Positions 51,502 to 61,366 are shown, counted from the stretch's first letter. The stretch: 64,000 nucleotides of DNA from an uncultured delta proteobacterium (GCA_963769935.1 CAVYNY010000008.1:64001-128000); one strand, 5' to 3'. Program-made: numbers and translations. The notes: generated from the letters alone by a model not told the origin.

Positions 51502-53064
51502 ATGGCCTTTGAAAAGGAATTAAAAGAACTTGAACAAAGGCGGGCCAAGGCCCTGCAAATGGGCGGTGCTGCAAAGATTAAGAAGCAGCACGACAAAGGC
51601 CGGTTGACCGCCCGTGAAAGAATTGATCAGCTGTTGGATCCGGAATCATTTCTGGAGGTCGGCATGCTCAATCACTCGGACGTATCGGGCATGGAAGAAA
51701 AAACGCCGGCCGACAGCAAAGTCGGCGGCTATGGTAAAATCGATGGGCGCCGGGTGGTGGTCGTGTCCAATGATTTTACCGTCCTGGCGGCAACCTCCAG
51801 CCGCATCGCCGGGCGCAAAGAAGGGGAACTCAAAGCATTGGCGGCTCGTCGCGGTCACCCGGTGATTTACCTTGGAGAAGCCGGCGGCGCGCGTATGCCC
51901 GATATAATGGGGTCGGCCGGTTTGGCCTCCTACGGCGGCGGCGGTTTCGACAGCTATCTTCAAATAATGAGCCGCGTTCGTCAAACCCCGATGATTACGG
52001 CAATCCTGGGGGAATGCTACGGCATGCCGACCTGGATGGCCTGTTTATCGGATTTTGTGGTCCAGGTAAAAGGCAGCGCCATGGGGGTGTCCGGTCCGCG
52101 GGTGGTTGAACTGGCCCTGGGAGAAATTGTCAGCGACGAGGAGCTGGGCGGTTGGCAGGTGCACGCTGAAATCACCGGCAATGTCGACCGGGTGGCAGAA
52201 AATGAGCAGGAATGCTTTCAACTTCTCCGGCAATACTTGGCTTACATGCCGGACCATTGCGAAGAGCTTCCCCCGACAGCTCCCGTGCCGGAAGACTCCG
52301 GATCCGGCATGCACCAAATTCTAGACTTTCTGCCGGAAAAACGAAATCGCGGTTACGACATGCACCGGATTCTAAAATGCATAGTCGACAGCAGCAGCCT
52401 CTTCCCGATCAAACCTGCCTTTGGGAAGTCGGCGATCACTGCGCTGGCAAGAATTGAGGGTAAGGTGATCGGGATTGTGGCCAATCAACCCATGTTTAAC
52501 GCCGGTGCCATGGATACCGACGGCATCGACAAAGTAATCAGTTTTCTGTGTCTCTGCGACTCGTTTAACATTCCGCTGGTTTTCTTTCACGATATCCCGG
52601 GATTCCTGGTGGGAAAAGCAGCCGAACGCAAGCGCGTGGCCGCCCGCGTCATGAACTACATGAATGCACTGGGCTTGCTGACCGTTCCCAAAATTTCGAT
52701 TATCGTCAGAAAAACCTATGGTATGGCGTTCTGGAATATGTGCGGATCCGGATGCGCGGCCGATTTTCTGGTGGCCTGGCCCTCGGCGGAAATGAGTTTT
52801 GTGGACCCGGCGATTGCCGCCAATGTCGTCTATGGGGGCAAACCGTCTGCGGCCGACAAACAATCCGATGAATGGCAGCGGCTGATCCAGCAGCTCGTCG
52901 ATGATGCATCCCCATACGGTGCCGCGGGCAAACATTACATCCACGATGTGATTGATCCCAGAGAGACGCGGCGCTATATTGTTCAAGCTCTGGAAGTGAG
53001 CTACAACCAGAGGTGCAAAGGAATTAGTGAACATAGACTGGCCAACTGGCCAACCAAATTCTAA
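51502..53064 (+). CDS. Acyl-CoA carboxylase/decarboxylase carboxyltransferase subunit
   Basis: GRLTARERI, GGARM, EELGG..VH, D.PGFLVG, DVIDPRETR. Confidence 0.9.
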   Translation: MAFEKELKELEQRRAKALQMGGAAKIKKQHDKGRLTARERIDQLLDPESFLEVGMLNHSDVSGMEEKTPADSKVGGYGKIDGRRVVVVSNDFTVLAATSSRIAGRKEGELKALAARRGHPVIYLGEAGGARMPDIMGSAGLASYGGGGFDSYLQIMSRVRQTPMITAILGECYGMPTWMACLSDFVVQVKGSAMGVSGPRVVELALGEIVSDEELGGWQVHAEITGNVDRVAENEQECFQLLRQYLAYMPDHCEELPPTAPVPEDSGSGMHQILDFLPEKRNRGYDMHRILKCIVDSSSLFPIKPAFGKSAITALARIEGKVIGIVANQPMFNAGAMDTDGIDKVISFLCLCDSFNIPLVFFHDIPGFLVGKAAERKRVAARVMNYMNALGLLTVPKISIIVRKTYGMAFWNMCGSGCAADFLVAWPSAEMSFVDPAIAANVVYGGKPSAADKQSDEWQRLIQQLVDDASPYGAAGKHYIHDVIDPRETRRYIVQALEVSYNQRCKGISEHRLANWPTKF

Positions 53065-53206
53065 ATTGGCTTCAAAAGCATAATCTCTTGCCCGCTGACT
53101 GCGTTATGCCGCGATCTCAAATGCTCACGTACACTTGTACGCTCCGCTTTAAGATCGCGGCATGCCTTGTGATCAAGCAGGATCTAACGCTTTTGAAGCC
53201 AATTTA
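53062..53206. mobile_element. ERIC-like palindromic MITE (145 bp)
   Basis: 18-bp terminal IR TAAATTGGCTTCAAAAGC; internal TGCGTT..CTCACGTAC-ACTT-GTACGCTCC..GCCTTG; TA ends. Confidence 0.65.
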
Positions 53207-53347
53207 AATATTCTGAAAAAACACGGTTGGGTTAATCCTCGCGGCGAAGAAAGGACCGTTGTTCCAATATCGTTATTGGCATCGCTAATTTTAGGCAACA
53301 ACACACAACTTGCAACACACAACATACACCGACGTTAAGGAGGCATT

Positions 53348-54502
53348 ATGGGCAAGAGAATATTGAAAACCAAACTTTGTGACATGCTGGGGATTGAATA
53401 TCCGATATTAAGCGCCGGAATGGGGCCGACACTGATCGGCGAGAATACCGGAGCACCGGTTGAACTGGTAGTCGCCGTATCGGAAGCCGGGGGTCTGGGA
53501 GTGCTTGGCGGCAGCGGGTACACCGTGGATGAACTCCAGCAGGCCATTCGAGAAATTAAAAAACAAACCGGCAAACCTTATGGCGTCGATCTGCTCTTGC
53601 CGAAATACCTTGATTTCAAAGGCGGCCTCGGGCAAACGGGTGCTGCCGAGCTGTCATTGAACGAAGTGCTCAAAACCATCCCGGCTGCCCACCAGGAATG
53701 GATCAAAAAGATTAAACAGGAAATGGGACTGCCGGACGTTGAGATCAAGGTACGCCGGAACACCACCACCATGTTCCCCAAGGAATCCATCCGGGTGTGC
53801 ATCGAAGAAAAAGTGCCGCTTTTTTGTGCCGGCCTGGGAAATCCGGGTTTTATGGTGCCGGAGGCCCATGCCGTGGGGATGAAAGTGCTGGGAATTACCG
53901 GCAATGCCAAAAATGCCAAACGCATGGCGGATTCGGGCATCGATTTTCTGGTTGCCCAGGGGCACGAAGGCGGCGGGCATACCGGAAGAATAGGCACCAT
54001 GGTGCTGCTGCCGGCGGCAATCGATGCCGCTTACCCGGTTCCGGTCCTGGCAGCCGGCGGCATCGGCGACGGACGCGGCTTGGCGGCCGCACTGGCTATG
54101 GGCTGCGTGGGGGTGTGGGTCGGAACCCGTTTTCTGGCGACCAACGAAGGCGGAGCGCTGGCTGTGAACAAACAAAAAATTGTCCAAGCAACCGATGAAG
54201 GCACCCGCGTCAGCACGGCCTATACCGGCAAGACACTGCGCGCCAGCTATAACAAATTTCACGATCTATGGGATAATTCGGGACTCGACCCCCTGCCCTT
54301 CCCGACCCAGGTATTAATTTCTTCCGCCCTTCTGGCCAGCTTTATTGATGCAGATAAAACCGATTTTGTCGGCGGCCTGGCCGGTCAAGTTTCCGGAATC
54401 ATCAAAGAAATCAAGCCAGCCGCCCAGGTTGTTGAAGAGATGGTTGAAGAAGCAGTGGATATTTTAACGCGAAAATTGCCGGAAAGCGTGGTGGCGAAGT
54501 AG
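53348..54502 (+). CDS. Nitronate monooxygenase / FabK-like flavoprotein
   Basis: AGGLGVL, AQGHEGGGH, AAGGIGDGRG, GTRF. Confidence 0.92.
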   Translation: MGKRILKTKLCDMLGIEYPILSAGMGPTLIGENTGAPVELVVAVSEAGGLGVLGGSGYTVDELQQAIREIKKQTGKPYGVDLLLPKYLDFKGGLGQTGAAELSLNEVLKTIPAAHQEWIKKIKQEMGLPDVEIKVRRNTTTMFPKESIRVCIEEKVPLFCAGLGNPGFMVPEAHAVGMKVLGITGNAKNAKRMADSGIDFLVAQGHEGGGHTGRIGTMVLLPAAIDAAYPVPVLAAGGIGDGRGLAAALAMGCVGVWVGTRFLATNEGGALAVNKQKIVQATDEGTRVSTAYTGKTLRASYNKFHDLWDNSGLDPLPFPTQVLISSALLASFIDADKTDFVGGLAGQVSGIIKEIKPAAQVVEEMVEEAVDILTRKLPESVVAK

Positions 54503-54512
54503 CTTAAAGAGA

Positions 54513-54580
54513 AGGTTTCAGGTTTCAGCCCAGCCGCCGGCCGTTGTTTTGGCCGGCGGCTGGGCTGAAACCTGAAACCT
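54513..54580. terminator. Perfect 30-bp-stem hairpin between convergent genes, derived from the GGTTTCAG repeat family
   Basis: AGGTTTCAGGTTTCAGCCCAGCCGCCGGCC-GTTGTTTT-exact reverse complement; terminator role is inferred. Confidence 0.55.
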
Positions 54581-54587
54581 AAACAGT

Positions 54588-55784
54588 TTACTTATCCGTC
54601 AACGCCGCCACTCCCGGCAGGGTTTTGCCCTCGATGAATTCCAGCGAGGCGCCGCCGCCGGTGGATACGTGGGATACTTTATCGGCCACCCCGGCTTTAT
54701 CCACAGCCGAAGCTGAATCCCCGCCTCCGATAACCGTAGTCGCCCCGGCCGCGGTGGCCTCCGCCAACAGATTGGCGATGGCGTAAGTTCCTTTGGCAGT
54801 CTCGGGAATTTCAAATACACCCATGGGACCGTTCCAGATTACAGTTTGGGCGCCGGACAGTACCGAACGAAATTTTTCAATGGATTTGCTTCCGATGTCA
54901 AGACTTTCCCAGCCTGCGGGTATGGCATCGGCACTGACCTCCTTCAAGGTGCCGATCTTGCGCGCCTTGAAATCAAAAAAGTCGGTGACCATGCAATCAA
55001 CGGGAAAAACCAGTTTGCCGCCGGCCTGCGCCAGAATTTCTGCGGCAATATCGATCTTATCCTCTTCCAGCAGGGAGTTGCCGATTTCCAATCCCTGGGC
55101 TTTAAAAAACGTAAAGGTCATGCCGCCGCCGATAATCACTTTGTCGACTTTGGGCAGCAAATTGGTAATGACATCAATTTTACCGGATATTTTGGCACCG
55201 CCCAGAATGGCTATAAACGGCCTGTCAGGATTTTCGATGACGCTGCCCAGATATTCAAGCTCCTTCATCATAAGGAAGCCGGCAGCACACTGGTCAAAGT
55301 AGTGGGTCACACCCTCGGTGGAGGCATGGGCTCGATGGGCAGTCCCGAAGGCATCATTGACATACAGATTGCCGAACGCGGCAAGTTTTTTGGCAAAAGC
55401 GGCGTCATTAGCCGTTTCTTCTTTGTAGAATCGAAGGTTTTCGAGCAACAGCACATCGCCGTCTGCAAGCCGATTGACCGCAGCTTCAGCCGCTTTGCCG
55501 ATGCAGTCATCAGCAAAGGCGACATCCTGGCCCAACATTTTCTTTAAGACAGCCACGCAGGGCACCAAAGACATCTCCGGCACCCGTTTCCCGTCAGGCC
55601 GGCCGAGATGAGACATCAGGATCAAACGGCCGCCCTTTTCAATGATGTAATTGATGGTCGGTAATGCCGCCCGGATACGCGTGTCATTGGCGACTTTGCC
55701 TTTTTCCAGCGGCACGTTGAAATCAACCCTCATCAGAACCCGTTTACCTCGCACAGATAGATCTTCGACGGTAAGTTTCTTCAT
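54588..55784 (-). CDS. pgk: Phosphoglycerate kinase
   Basis: [43 protein letters not shown]. Confidence 0.98.
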   Translation of the reverse strand: MKKLTVEDLSVRGKRVLMRVDFNVPLEKGKVANDTRIRAALPTINYIIEKGGRLILMSHLGRPDGKRVPEMSLVPCVAVLKKMLGQDVAFADDCIGKAAEAAVNRLADGDVLLLENLRFYKEETANDAAFAKKLAAFGNLYVNDAFGTAHRAHASTEGVTHYFDQCAAGFLMMKELEYLGSVIENPDRPFIAILGGAKISGKIDVITNLLPKVDKVIIGGGMTFTFFKAQGLEIGNSLLEEDKIDIAAEILAQAGGKLVFPVDCMVTDFFDFKARKIGTLKEVSADAIPAGWESLDIGSKSIEKFRSVLSGAQTVIWNGPMGVFEIPETAKGTYAIANLLAEATAAGATTVIGGGDSASAVDKAGVADKVSHVSTGGGASLEFIEGKTLPGVAALTDK

Positions 55785-55814
55785 GGCCTCCCCCTGATAA
55801 TTGAATAATTTCGA

Positions 55815-56759
55815 TTAAATGTTGTAAAACTCCATTGCGTTGCGCCCCAGAATTCCGGCCAAAGCTTCCTCAGCCAGATTGAGCTGAACAAGACGCTTGA
55901 TCTCGCGGTCCCAGGCATAGGGCAAGTTGGGAAAATCGGTGCCGAAGATGATCCGATCGGTTCGCATTTCAGCAAGCTTCGGAAAGTAGTCCATGGGTAA
56001 ATATTCTGCCAGGGTCATGGTGGTATCGAGCCAGAGATTGTCGTATTTTTCCAGCATTGCCTGGTAAGCATCAAACTCGTCTGCGCCCAGATGCGGGACA
56101 CAGACTTTCAGGCGGGGATAGTCCTTGAGAACCCGCTCCAATTTTTCGGCGCTGCATAATGTATAAGGATCGCACGGGTAAGCCGGACTTTTGGGCTCAC
56201 GGCCGACATGCATGATCAGTGGTTTGCAATTGACGGTGCAGGTTTCATATATTTCATGCAGCGGGGCGCTGTCCATATCAAAACACTGGACATGGCTGTG
56301 GAGCTTTACCCCCTTGAGGCCGTCCTCAAAGGCCTGTTCCAGAATCGCTCCGGCACCTTCTTCACCGGGATAGACGGTCGCCATGGCCGTAACCTGCGGA
56401 TGAAATCGACAGATATTGGCCATATAGGCATTCAGCTCGCGGGCAATGCCCGGTTTATGCGCATAATGAAGGGCAACCAGGTGATCGATGCCGTGGGAGA
56501 GCAGAAACTTTATGATCTCCTCGGATGACAGCTGGTATCTTATCGGCCAGCCGAAATTTTCGAACCATTGCCGGATGGGTGCAAACAGGTAGTCCGGAAA
56601 AAGATGAACATGGGCGTCGACCACGAAAGCGGCTGAATCAGGTATGTAGTCGCCTTCAGGGTCGTTCAGCAAAGGAAGCGGGGCTTTTAATAAGCCGTGT
56701 GCTTTAGGATGGGTAGCCGAATCTTCCATATGACCAAACCGTTTGAGGTTCGCATCCAA
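55815..56759 (-). CDS. Amidohydrolase family 2 protein
   Basis: DAHVH, GVKLH, HVG, PHLG, FGTDFP; start uncertain. Confidence 0.9.
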   Translation of the reverse strand: MDANLKRFGHMEDSATHPKAHGLLKAPLPLLNDPEGDYIPDSAAFVVDAHVHLFPDYLFAPIRQWFENFGWPIRYQLSSEEIIKFLLSHGIDHLVALHYAHKPGIARELNAYMANICRFHPQVTAMATVYPGEEGAGAILEQAFEDGLKGVKLHSHVQCFDMDSAPLHEIYETCTVNCKPLIMHVGREPKSPAYPCDPYTLCSAEKLERVLKDYPRLKVCVPHLGADEFDAYQAMLEKYDNLWLDTTMTLAEYLPMDYFPKLAEMRTDRIIFGTDFPNLPYAWDREIKRLVQLNLAEEALAGILGRNAMEFYNI

Positions 56760-56776
56760 CTATTTCATTTAATTTC

Positions 56777-56851
56777 GGAGTATTGGAGGAATGGAGGAAC
56801 GGTTGAAGGTTTGATATCTTCTTTTTCAGTACTCCAACACTCCATTACTCC
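56777..56851. repeat. Inverted octamer arms (GGAGTATT / TACTCCAA)
   Basis: ggagtattggaggaatggagga mirrored by tactccaacactccattactcc. Confidence 0.7.
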
Positions 56852-57097
56852 CGCACTTATAGATCGAGACTTTCGAAAGCTTCTCGCAATTTTAAATCAC
56901 CTTAATTATGTTCATCGTCCCGTAAAATATGACATTGATATCGGATTTTCAATAAGATTGACAAAATTATAGCAGAATTGGTAAGTCCAGACTAATCGAA
57001 AAAACAGATTCACTGGATCGCGATAATATCGTCAAAATCGTCAATAATTGCCGACGAATCCTTAGACTATCAACCTGGTGATCCGTCAACTATATCA

Positions 57098-58225
57098 ATG
57101 AAAACCGTTCACAAAATCTTTTTTGAAGATTCAAAAAACATGCGTGCGATCCCGGCTTCAAGTGTGCATCTGGTGGTCACCTCACCGCCCTACCCGATGA
57201 TTGAAATGTGGGATGACCTGTTTAGGCGCCGGAACGTAAAGATAGGCCAAGCACTGAAAAGCAAAAATGCTCCCGAGGCATTTGAATTGATGCACCAACA
57301 GCTGGATCCTGTGTGGCATGAAATTTACCGCATCCTGGTAGACGGCGGAATTGGCTGTATCAATATCGGGGATGCCGTCCGGACCATCAACGATAATTTT
57401 ATGTTGTATGCCAATCATGCAAGAATTCTGAAGGCTCTTTTGAAAACCGGCTTCACCACCCTGCCGCTGATATTGTGGCGCAAGCCCACCAATGCGCCCA
57501 ATAAATTTATGGGTTCGGGAATGCTGCCGGCGGGCGCTTATGTGACCCTCGAACATGAATACATTCTCATTGTTCGCAAAGGCGCCAAAAGAGAGTTTAA
57601 AAGCGACGCGGAGAAACAAAACCGGCGGGAAAGCGCCCTTTTCTGGGAAGAAAGAAACAACTGGTTCTCGGACGTGTGGCTGGGGTTGATCGGCACCCAG
57701 CAAAAGATGAAAAAGGATGCCGCCCGCCTGAGAAGCGCGGCGTTCCCTTTTGAGCTGGCCTATCGCCTGGTGAACATGTATTCCGCCAAAGGCGACACGG
57801 TGGTTGATCCGTTTCTGGGAACCGGCACGACCATGCACTCGGCTGTGGCTTCGGGCAGAAACAGTATCGGCTATGAAATAGAAGCCGGTTTTCAAGATGT
57901 TATTGCGGCGGATAAGGATAGGATGCTCGCAGTTTCCCATGACCGAATACGGCAACGAATCCTGTCCCATCTTGGCTACCTGGAAGCGCGTTCGGATGAA
58001 AAGGGCAAATTCAAGTACTTAAACAGGCGTTATAAGTTTCCGGTAATGACCCGCCAGGAAGTTGAGCTTTTTTTTAATCCGCTGGAAAGTATCAACCGAT
58101 TGAACGACAGCACGCTGGAAGCAACGTACGCCGAGCTTCCCGAGCGGGAATTCGAAGGTGATTGGCAGCAACTATTGCCGGCCGACCCGAAGAAATCAAA
58201 ATCCCGCCAGATAGAGCTGTTTTAG
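57098..58225 (+). CDS. Site-specific DNA methyltransferase (N4-C/N6-A, beta class), orphan
   Basis: Catalytic VTSPPY precedes SAM-binding DPFLGTGTT; no adjacent restriction endonuclease. Confidence 0.92.
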   Translation: MKTVHKIFFEDSKNMRAIPASSVHLVVTSPPYPMIEMWDDLFRRRNVKIGQALKSKNAPEAFELMHQQLDPVWHEIYRILVDGGIGCINIGDAVRTINDNFMLYANHARILKALLKTGFTTLPLILWRKPTNAPNKFMGSGMLPAGAYVTLEHEYILIVRKGAKREFKSDAEKQNRRESALFWEERNNWFSDVWLGLIGTQQKMKKDAARLRSAAFPFELAYRLVNMYSAKGDTVVDPFLGTGTTMHSAVASGRNSIGYEIEAGFQDVIAADKDRMLAVSHDRIRQRILSHLGYLEARSDEKGKFKYLNRRYKFPVMTRQEVELFFNPLESINRLNDSTLEATYAELPEREFEGDWQQLLPADPKKSKSRQIELF

Positions 58226-58399
58226 ATGATTAAAATCCGATTACATCTTTTGCTCATGTAACATTTAGCTGGTTTGGATCATTAGAATTTTGAATTTGAA
58301 TATTGTTTGTTATTTGTTTTTTGGTGCTTGGAATTTTCTACCTTAAAAGGGATGAACTCTACCTTGTCTAAAACAGTGTGAAGGCTACTTTCTATTAAT

Positions 58400-59629
58400 C
58401 TACCCTTGGATCGCCTCAATCCTCTCCAACACCGGCGGGTGCGAATAGTTTAAAAATACGTACAGCGGGTGCGGCAAAAGATTGGAAAGATTATTTACGG
58501 AAAGTTTTTTCAGCGCCGCCACCATGGAATTTGGATCATGGGTGGTTTCAACTGAAAATCGATCTGCTTCAGTTTCATTTCTGCGTGAAAGCATCTGCAT
58601 AAAGATACCGAAGATAAAACCGAGCGGTGAATAAAGCATCCCGAAAAATATCAGCCCCGCGTACACGGATTTGTGCGGCATATAAAAGGCATCAAAGAGT
58701 GGCTGATAAGAGAGAAAAATCGACAGCAGGTAGAGCATCATCCCCATTTGCAAAATACCCAGGGCCATGCTTTGGTAAATATGCTTTTTTTTGTAGTGCC
58801 CCATTTCGTGCGCCAATACAGCGAGCAATTCTCCGACCGTGTGTTGTTTAATGAGAGTATCAAACAATACAATGCGTCTGTGCCTGCCGAAGCCGGTAAA
58901 AAAGGCATTGGATTTGCGGGAACGCCGCGAACCGTCCATGACATATACGTTTTCGATCGGAAAATTTATGGAGCCTGCGTAGGACAAAATGGCAGATTTG
59001 AGCTCTCCTTCCTCCAGGGGGGTGAATTTATTGAAAAGCGGCATGATCCAGGTAGGTGCAATAAATTGAACGCCAAGCATGTACGAAGTGACTGCGATCC
59101 AGCAATACCACCAGGCATTTGAGCCGGCATATTCAAAAAAGGCCAGGACACCTGCTAATAGCGGCGTGCCCAGCAGGATTGCCAGAGATACCCCCTTTAG
59201 CATATCCTTCAGGAAAGTAGACCAGGTAGTTTGATTGAACCCGAACCGCTCTTCAATCACAAATGTTGTATAAACACTGAACGGCAGCGACAGCAGCGCT
59301 TTGATTGATATGAGGATGCCCATATAGATTAAACCGGCAATGACGGGTCCGTAGTTAAAGGATCGCACCCATTCATCCAGCAGCGGGAAGCCTCTGCCGA
59401 ACCAGAAGACCAGAATCACGATGATGTTGAAAGTACCGGTCACCCAGCCGAAGCGGGTATTGACTTTTAAATATTGCTGGGATTTACGGTACCGATCGGG
59501 GTCATACACACCCTGAAAGGCATCGGGCAAGCTGTTGCGCAGCATTTTCAGATTGAGGTAATCGGCAACACCGTTCAGGATAAAATCGAAGATGATCGCT
59601 GACAGGATAATGAGGGCGATGGTATTCAT
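58400..59629 (-). CDS. M48 family metallopeptidase (Ste24/CAAX protease-like)
   Basis: DGSRRS..NAFFTG, HEMGH, E.EAD, YSHPP..ERI. Confidence 0.95.
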   Translation of the reverse strand: MNTIALIILSAIIFDFILNGVADYLNLKMLRNSLPDAFQGVYDPDRYRKSQQYLKVNTRFGWVTGTFNIIVILVFWFGRGFPLLDEWVRSFNYGPVIAGLIYMGILISIKALLSLPFSVYTTFVIEERFGFNQTTWSTFLKDMLKGVSLAILLGTPLLAGVLAFFEYAGSNAWWYCWIAVTSYMLGVQFIAPTWIMPLFNKFTPLEEGELKSAILSYAGSINFPIENVYVMDGSRRSRKSNAFFTGFGRHRRIVLFDTLIKQHTVGELLAVLAHEMGHYKKKHIYQSMALGILQMGMMLYLLSIFLSYQPLFDAFYMPHKSVYAGLIFFGMLYSPLGFIFGIFMQMLSRRNETEADRFSVETTHDPNSMVAALKKLSVNNLSNLLPHPLYVFLNYSHPPVLERIEAIQG

Positions 59630-59642
59630 AGAAATCTAACGA

Positions 59643-59819
59643 TTTGTCTATTGTCTGTTGTCAGTTGTATGTTGGTGGGAATTGATTGGCCATGAATTGT
59701 CCTTCCAACCTAAGTTATCATTAGGCAACTTTTAATTGCATCGGCATGCGTATAAAACATTAAAAATGGTATTAATCAATCACTTTTGACAACAGACAAT
59801 CAACAACCGACAACTGACG
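59643..59819. repeat. Inverted heptamer arms (TTGTCWG / GACAAC)
   Basis: ttgtctattgtctgttgtcagttg mirrored by gacaacagacaatcaacaaccgacaactgac. Confidence 0.75.
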
Positions 59820-59880
59820 CGGGGTTATTGCCCAAAGCCATCAATCTTAAAGTATCAGCAGCTTAATTTGATGAACGCAT

Positions 59881-60501
59881 CTAATCACGCTTTTTAACCC
59901 CGCCAGCCTCCATCAATTGAACCAGTTTCTCATGAGGCTGCGCGCCCACCAAAGACAAACCGTTCATCATAAATGTAGGAACGGCAGTGACGCCCATTTG
60001 ATGGGACCGATTCCAATCCTGGTCAACCGCCGCTTTGAAGGTGCGATTCTCAAGCGCATCCTGAACGAGATCGGCAGGCAGACCGACGGAGGTTCCCAGC
60101 TCCATCAACGTCGACTCCAGGCCGATGTTCAATCCATCTGCGAAATAGGCTTTAAATGCGGCCAGGTGGAATTGCCCGCCATGTCCCAGCTTTTCAGCCA
60201 GTTTCCCCAATTCCTGCGCCAGACGGCTGTTATAGGTTTTTTCACGCCTTCCAAAAGGCAACCCCAGCTCGGCGGCCACCCGGGTTAAATGATCGCGCAC
60301 CTGCTCGATATTGAATGGGCGGCCCGCAAACAGCTCTTCCAGTGTCACGCCTTCCCGCGGGGTTTCCGGATGCAAGGGGAAAGCTGTCCAACGGATTTCG
60401 ATGTCAAATTCCTGCTGCAATTTTTCAACACGCCCGGTGATGAAATAACACCAGGGTCAGATGTAATCGGAAAATATTTCCATGATAGTTGGTTTAGACA
60501 T
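59881..60501 (-). CDS. DsbA/FrnE-family thiol-disulfide oxidoreductase, selenoprotein (UxxC)
   Basis: ATG at 60501 after GGGAGG; MSKPTIMEIFSDYI-TGA-PWCY is in frame with the 179-aa ORF (F.LHP, GVTAVPTF, GAQP). Confidence 0.88.
60423..60445 (-). promoter_or_regulatory. Putative bacterial SECIS hairpin
   Basis: UUUCAUCAC-CGGGC-GUGUUGAAA begins 11 nt 3' of the in-frame UGA (60459-60457). Confidence 0.7.
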
Positions 60502-60517
60502 GGTTGCCTCCCAATGA

Positions 60518-60623
60518 ACAAAAAAGGGGTGGTTCATGGGGAATGAACCACCCCGCATAGAGGAAAGTGTTAAGGGTTAGTTTGATAAGTTAACCGTTTA
60601 ACGACTTGGCAGCTAAGCTGCCT
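60518..60623 (-). ncRNA. Candidate small RNA or 5' leader ending in an intrinsic terminator
   Basis: TTGACA-N16-TATAGT (60657-60630) upstream; GGGGTGGTTCAT-TCCCC-ATGAACCACCCC-TTTTTT terminator. Confidence 0.4.
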
Positions 60624-60775
60624 ATCCAAACTATAATACCACTAAGTGACATGTCAATTATAAATTTAAAAAATAAAATTCCTTATAGCCCTTGGTTCGG
60701 TCCTTCAATTCCATTCAGATTCCTATCCGGCGCCAATGAAATGCCCTGATGTTCGGCCTGCCTATTGGGTCGCCC

Positions 60776-61366
60776 TCAAATCGAGCGCTCGAACTTGACC
60801 CCGAACCCTATACGATTAGACCAGGTGACCCTGCCCTGGAGCCTTTTAATTTTACCTTTTTTTTTCACAGGAATATATACTGTGACCTGTTGTCCTACCG
60901 CAACCAGGTCGCGTGTTTTGATAAAAACTCCGCCGCTGCTCACATTGTCCGTAATTCCCTCGTACGTCCGGCTGTCGAATTCATATTTTAACGGAAGGGT
61001 ACACTCGATTCGGGGATGCTCCCTTGAGCCATAATACTGGTCCTGATCTTTGGCTGGGACGCTTTCTTCCAATAGCTCCACGCCATAGCCGTAATAAAAT
61101 GCCGACCGTTTTAAGGGCCGGCACCACTTAATAATACCGCGATAGCTTTCGTATCTATCCGGTTCGGAAGCAAAAGGTGAGTTGGTGATGCCGATTCGAA
61201 CTTCGGTTTCCGGTTCCAGATGGAAATCGGCTTCTATGTACAAACCGAAATCGCTGTAATTGTACATCCGTCCACCACGTAAAACACCAATCTGGTCATT
61301 TTCCAGCGTTACCGGAGACTTGTGATCAAAGCGCGTTTTATCTCTATTCTCGGAATTTGAAATCAT
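60776..61366 (-). CDS. Tandem PilZ-domain protein
   Basis: RDKTR..NYSDFG and REHPR..NVSSGG (RxxxR and D/NxSxxG twice). Confidence 0.88.
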   Translation of the reverse strand: MISNSENRDKTRFDHKSPVTLENDQIGVLRGGRMYNYSDFGLYIEADFHLEPETEVRIGITNSPFASEPDRYESYRGIIKWCRPLKRSAFYYGYGVELLEESVPAKDQDQYYGSREHPRIECTLPLKYEFDSRTYEGITDNVSSGGVFIKTRDLVAVGQQVTVYIPVKKKGKIKRLQGRVTWSNRIGFGVKFERSI

